A stretch of DNA of 64,000 bases from Neoechinorhynchus agilis. Taxonomy: Eukaryota; Animalia; Acanthocephala. A model generated the notes under the pieces. That model was not told where the DNA came from and searched no databases. It was given only the letters and a program-made list of their open reading frames with translations. Where the stretch lies: positions 10,741,480 through 10,805,479 of the forward strand of contig CM121342.1 in assembly GCA_051530055.1 (NCBI GenBank). Reading direction: 5' to 3'. Shown here in pieces: positions 60,874 to 64,000 of this stretch. Each line of letters opens with the position of its first letter. Position 1 is the stretch's first letter. The position numbers and the translations under genes are program-made.

Positions 60874-63519
60874 TCAATGTTCCTTCTTCTTCTTTCTACT
60901 GATAAATTGATGAACGTTCTTCAAAATATTCAAATGACCCCAAATTAAGAATGTTGCGAAATGAACAAAGCAGTACGAATACAATGCCACGGTCACGATA
61001 TCCGGATAACGGCGAGGAGGTTCGACGAACAATAACGAAGCATACGACAATAAAAATCCAAATAGCAACGATATTGATCTCAGTACTTCAATAGATCTTC
61101 CAAATTTAATTTCAGTGAACTGTTCAATCAATAAATGAAGTCCTAGATTAATATGACCAAGACAAAATGATTCTAGCAACAGACCGTCCTTTTTATATAG
61201 TGGAACCAAACTTATATGAGCAATATATAACATCCATGTGGAATATGGCACCGTGGATTTCCTTAGAAGACACAAATCACGGATTCGTTTCAAAAAAGAA
61301 ATCAAGTGTCAAAAACCACAACAAAATTAGTGATCAAAGTCTAAACAAAAAGAAGAATTAGCGCTAGTTAAATTATAGAAGGTTTAAAACTTCTCGGGTT
61401 TATGTTTACGTCAAATAATCGGGAAGAAATTAAAATGATACGTTGTAAAAACTTACAACATGAAAAACCCGACTAGACGGACGAGATATTGGGAATTAAT
61501 AAATCAATCTCTATATCGACAAACGTACAAGATTGTACGCTCTTTTTTGTAAGTTTTAAAATTTAAAATAAAAATCATTTTAATTTTTCTTCACCACCAG
61601 GGGGAGCAGCAACCGCTTCTGAGGAACGCAAAAAGGCAAGATACAGGGACCTGAATCGAAATCATTATTTCGTTCCCTTTGGCGTCGAGACGCTCGGATC
61701 GTTTGGTACCGCGGCCCAAGACCTGGTCAATCAATTGTCGAAGAGATTGAGACGAATCACTGGTGATCCGAAGGTATTACTCCTACGCTGCATCCGTCCT
61801 TTCGACCGTTACACTAGGACTGCAGCTGAGTGATCCAGAGCGGTGGTGTGAATGATTTAGAAAAAGTGAGCCACGTAAAATATACCATAAACAACTTTTT
61901 TGTAACTAAACAACCTTCCAAAATATATGATTCAATAAATTGCTTCATTTTTTCCCGCTTTTTTAGACTTCGAATTTTCATGAGATTAACAAAGGTTTTT
62001 CTGTGTAATTAAAGAAAATTTTGAGGCTTTTATTTTAAATGAGTGTACGCGGAAAACCGCAAATTTTAATCTTTTTAACAAACTGATAATGAACCGGAGG
62101 ACGTTCGTAGAGAACGTCTTTAATAAAATCTTTACTGGGTGAAGACTTCTAAACAATAATTCGGAGGACGTTCGTAGAGAACGTCTTTAATAAAATTTTT
62201 ACTGGGCGAAGACTTCTAAACAATAATTCTCTAATCATATAGCCCTCGATACCTGCTCGCGTATCGACATTTTGATAACAAATGAGCCCACAAAATCGGC
62301 GCCTAGTGATACTTTTACTAGCTATGAGATTTGTGGCGCTTTTTTGATGCCCTTAAACACAAATAAGGGATGTTTAGGTCGATTTATGAGTCGAGATAAA
62401 ACGAGTCCGTGACATAACGGCACCGTAGCGTACAAAATGGATTTTTCGTGGACTTGAAAGGAGAAAAGGAAGAAGGAAAGGGCAGTAAGATGAGAGCAGA
62501 TCAGTAGATTTTTCCTTTTGTTCCTCCGTGGACTTTGAGCGAAGATTGTTGGTAAAATGGTGACAAGAGTAGTTAAGGTTGCAGCAATGAATTGTTGTTG
62601 CTTACTCATAATCGATCTTACTTTAACGAACACGTTCACCGTTGACCACAAGTTGGCCACTTTGTCTTCGAACAAACCACGTTCAGTTGGAAACATCCGG
62701 TTGAAAACTTGCTTCAGTGATTCTGGACCAAAGTAGGGACTCATTATGGCTCCAAATGTGAGAAGTACGGAAATAGAGGATAAAAAAAGTGATTTGAACT
62801 CAGCGTTAACTAGCATGTACAAGGCCACTGGGATCGAGTAATACAATGCCATTTGTTTGCTCATTACGGCGAGTGTGAATATACTAGCACTTATAACGAA
62901 ATGATTGGATAAAAAGAAAGTCAATGACAATAACGCAAGTCCAATCGAGAGACAATTGTATTGGAAATGGCCGTAATCAATTAAGATCAGATCAGCGTAC
63001 AAGAACAAATTCTCTTCTGTAAAGCACGACAAAAAAGAGAATACGCTTCGCCTATGTCATACAAGCGGCCAAACTCAAAATCGTATTTCTTGATGAAGAT
63101 CGATCTAAGAGTAACCAAAATCCAGGAAGCAGGAATAGCAGCTCAGTCGCAAAGACTGAAGATCTCATAAATAAAGTCAGCGCATTCGATTCATATCCTG
63201 TGCTCGATCCTAGCGTCGTCCAATCAGATTCAACCAGAGTTGATATTCGTCCGACTACGTAGGCATGATAGGCAGCAACTGGAGGATAATCAATCCCCCA
63301 ATATGAAAGATTATTGTCTTTAGTCTGGGTATACCAATCCTGGACGGGCAAATTGTTCGTAATCTCCATCCAATGGCGGTGAGCCTCAAAATCACCATAC
63401 ATTGGAGGACGGTTCTTACCAGAATACGAAGAATCTCGGGCAATTAACGAACGCAAAAAATAACCGAATGATACGACTGAAATGATTAACAAAATAAACT
63501 GTTGATCGAGGTATTTCAT
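60874..63519 (-). CDS. ALG6: Dolichyl-P-Glc alpha-1,3-glucosyltransferase, with a ~1-kb TE-filled last intron
   Basis: PPMYGDFEAHRHW, YWGIDYPP, IDYGHFQYN, RMFPTERGLFEDKVAN and FQVHEKSIL. The 3' exon 60874-61265 has STW...PLYKKDG...PPRRYPD. The exact last donor is uncertain. Confidence 0.9.
61522..61810 (+). mobile_element. Composite MITE-arm plus CRE RLE fragment in the ALG6 intron
   Basis: Near-identical to the reverse complement of ~42430-42690, including the junction ttttaatttttcttc|accaccagggggagc. Confidence 0.85.
62079..62228 (+). repeat. Solo pLTR / hammerhead-like family (copy 3) with an internal 67-bp tandem duplication
   Basis: Units 62095-62161 and 62162-62228. Each contains the perfect hairpin gacgttc-gtaga-gaacgtc. 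Confidence 0.8.
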
Positions 63520-63584
63520 TTCTAAAAAGAAAAATAATAGAAAGTGTTGTGTATTTTATGAGCTTTTGTAAGCAACACTTGGAA

Positions 63585-64000
63585 AAAAGATACTCCCCAG
63601 GTCAATGCTTCGATTTTATATCGTCCAAATCAATAAAACAAATCAATATAATTAATTAAATGGTTTGTTATAGTTATTCGCGTATCGATTCAAAAAAGAA
63701 AAGATACTCGCCAAGGTCAGGCTTCGATTTTATATCGTTCAAATCAACAAAACAAATCAATAGCATTAATTAAATCGTTTGTTAAAGTTATTCGCGAATC
63801 GAATCAAAAGAGAAAAGATACTCGCCAAGGCCAGCCCTCGATTTTATATCGTTAAAATCAATGAAGCTAATCAATAGCATTAATTAAATCGTTTTTTAAA
63901 GTTATTTGCGAATCGGATCAAAAAAGAAAAGGTACTCCCCAGGTCAATGCCTCGATTTTATATTGTTCAAATCAATAAAACAAATCAATATAATTAATTA
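63585..64000. repeat. 114-bp tandem satellite, at least 3.6 units, running off the window
   Basis: g(a/g)tactc recurs at 63589, 63703, 63817 and 63931. Confidence 0.92.

Noticed and set aside
63017-63074. ALG6 donor gtatga creates TAA across the junction, hinting at stop-codon reassignment
   Set aside because: The upstream donor at 63074 gives an open frame. Long conserved exons contain no in-frame TAA/TAG, and genes end normally with all three stops.
1-64000. CRISPR arrays, rRNA, tRNA, snRNA or SL RNA genes
   Set aside because: No repeat-spacer array or recognisable structural RNA consensus was seen; the window is eukaryotic.

Overview
AT-rich, gene-dense eukaryotic (invertebrate, probably protostome) genomic window with mostly short GT-AG introns (33-60 bp where measured). 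The innexin, LIM-homeodomain and ICA69 genes indicate an animal. Recognisable genes: ATG4 (3' part), beta-hexosaminidase, mitochondrial LeuRS, MRPS21, a two-BAG-domain co-chaperone, two GTF2H5/TFB5 paralogs, a LIM-homeobox gene, IGBP1/TAP42, HMG-CoA synthase, an RMDN-like gene, RPL17, RNF5/185, innexin, a tandem IBD-like protein, GRWD1, ICA69, ANKFY1 and ALG6. Intergenic and intronic space holds decayed retroelements (L2/CR1-like, RTE, seven CRE-like loci, a Naiad-like Penelope element with a hammerhead ribozyme), MITE-like palindromes, local duplications and a 114-bp satellite. The most unusual signals are three. (1) The first HMG-CoA synthase intron has no usable GT donor, is clamped by a 13-bp inverted repeat and carries a 198-bp palindrome. 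(2) Splice-acceptor motifs sit directly before many start codons, and a 71-bp ANKFY1-ICA69 spacer suggests trans-splicing or operons. (3) A dispersed hammerhead-like repeat has an altered core. All calls come from reading the sequence only; no database searches were run.
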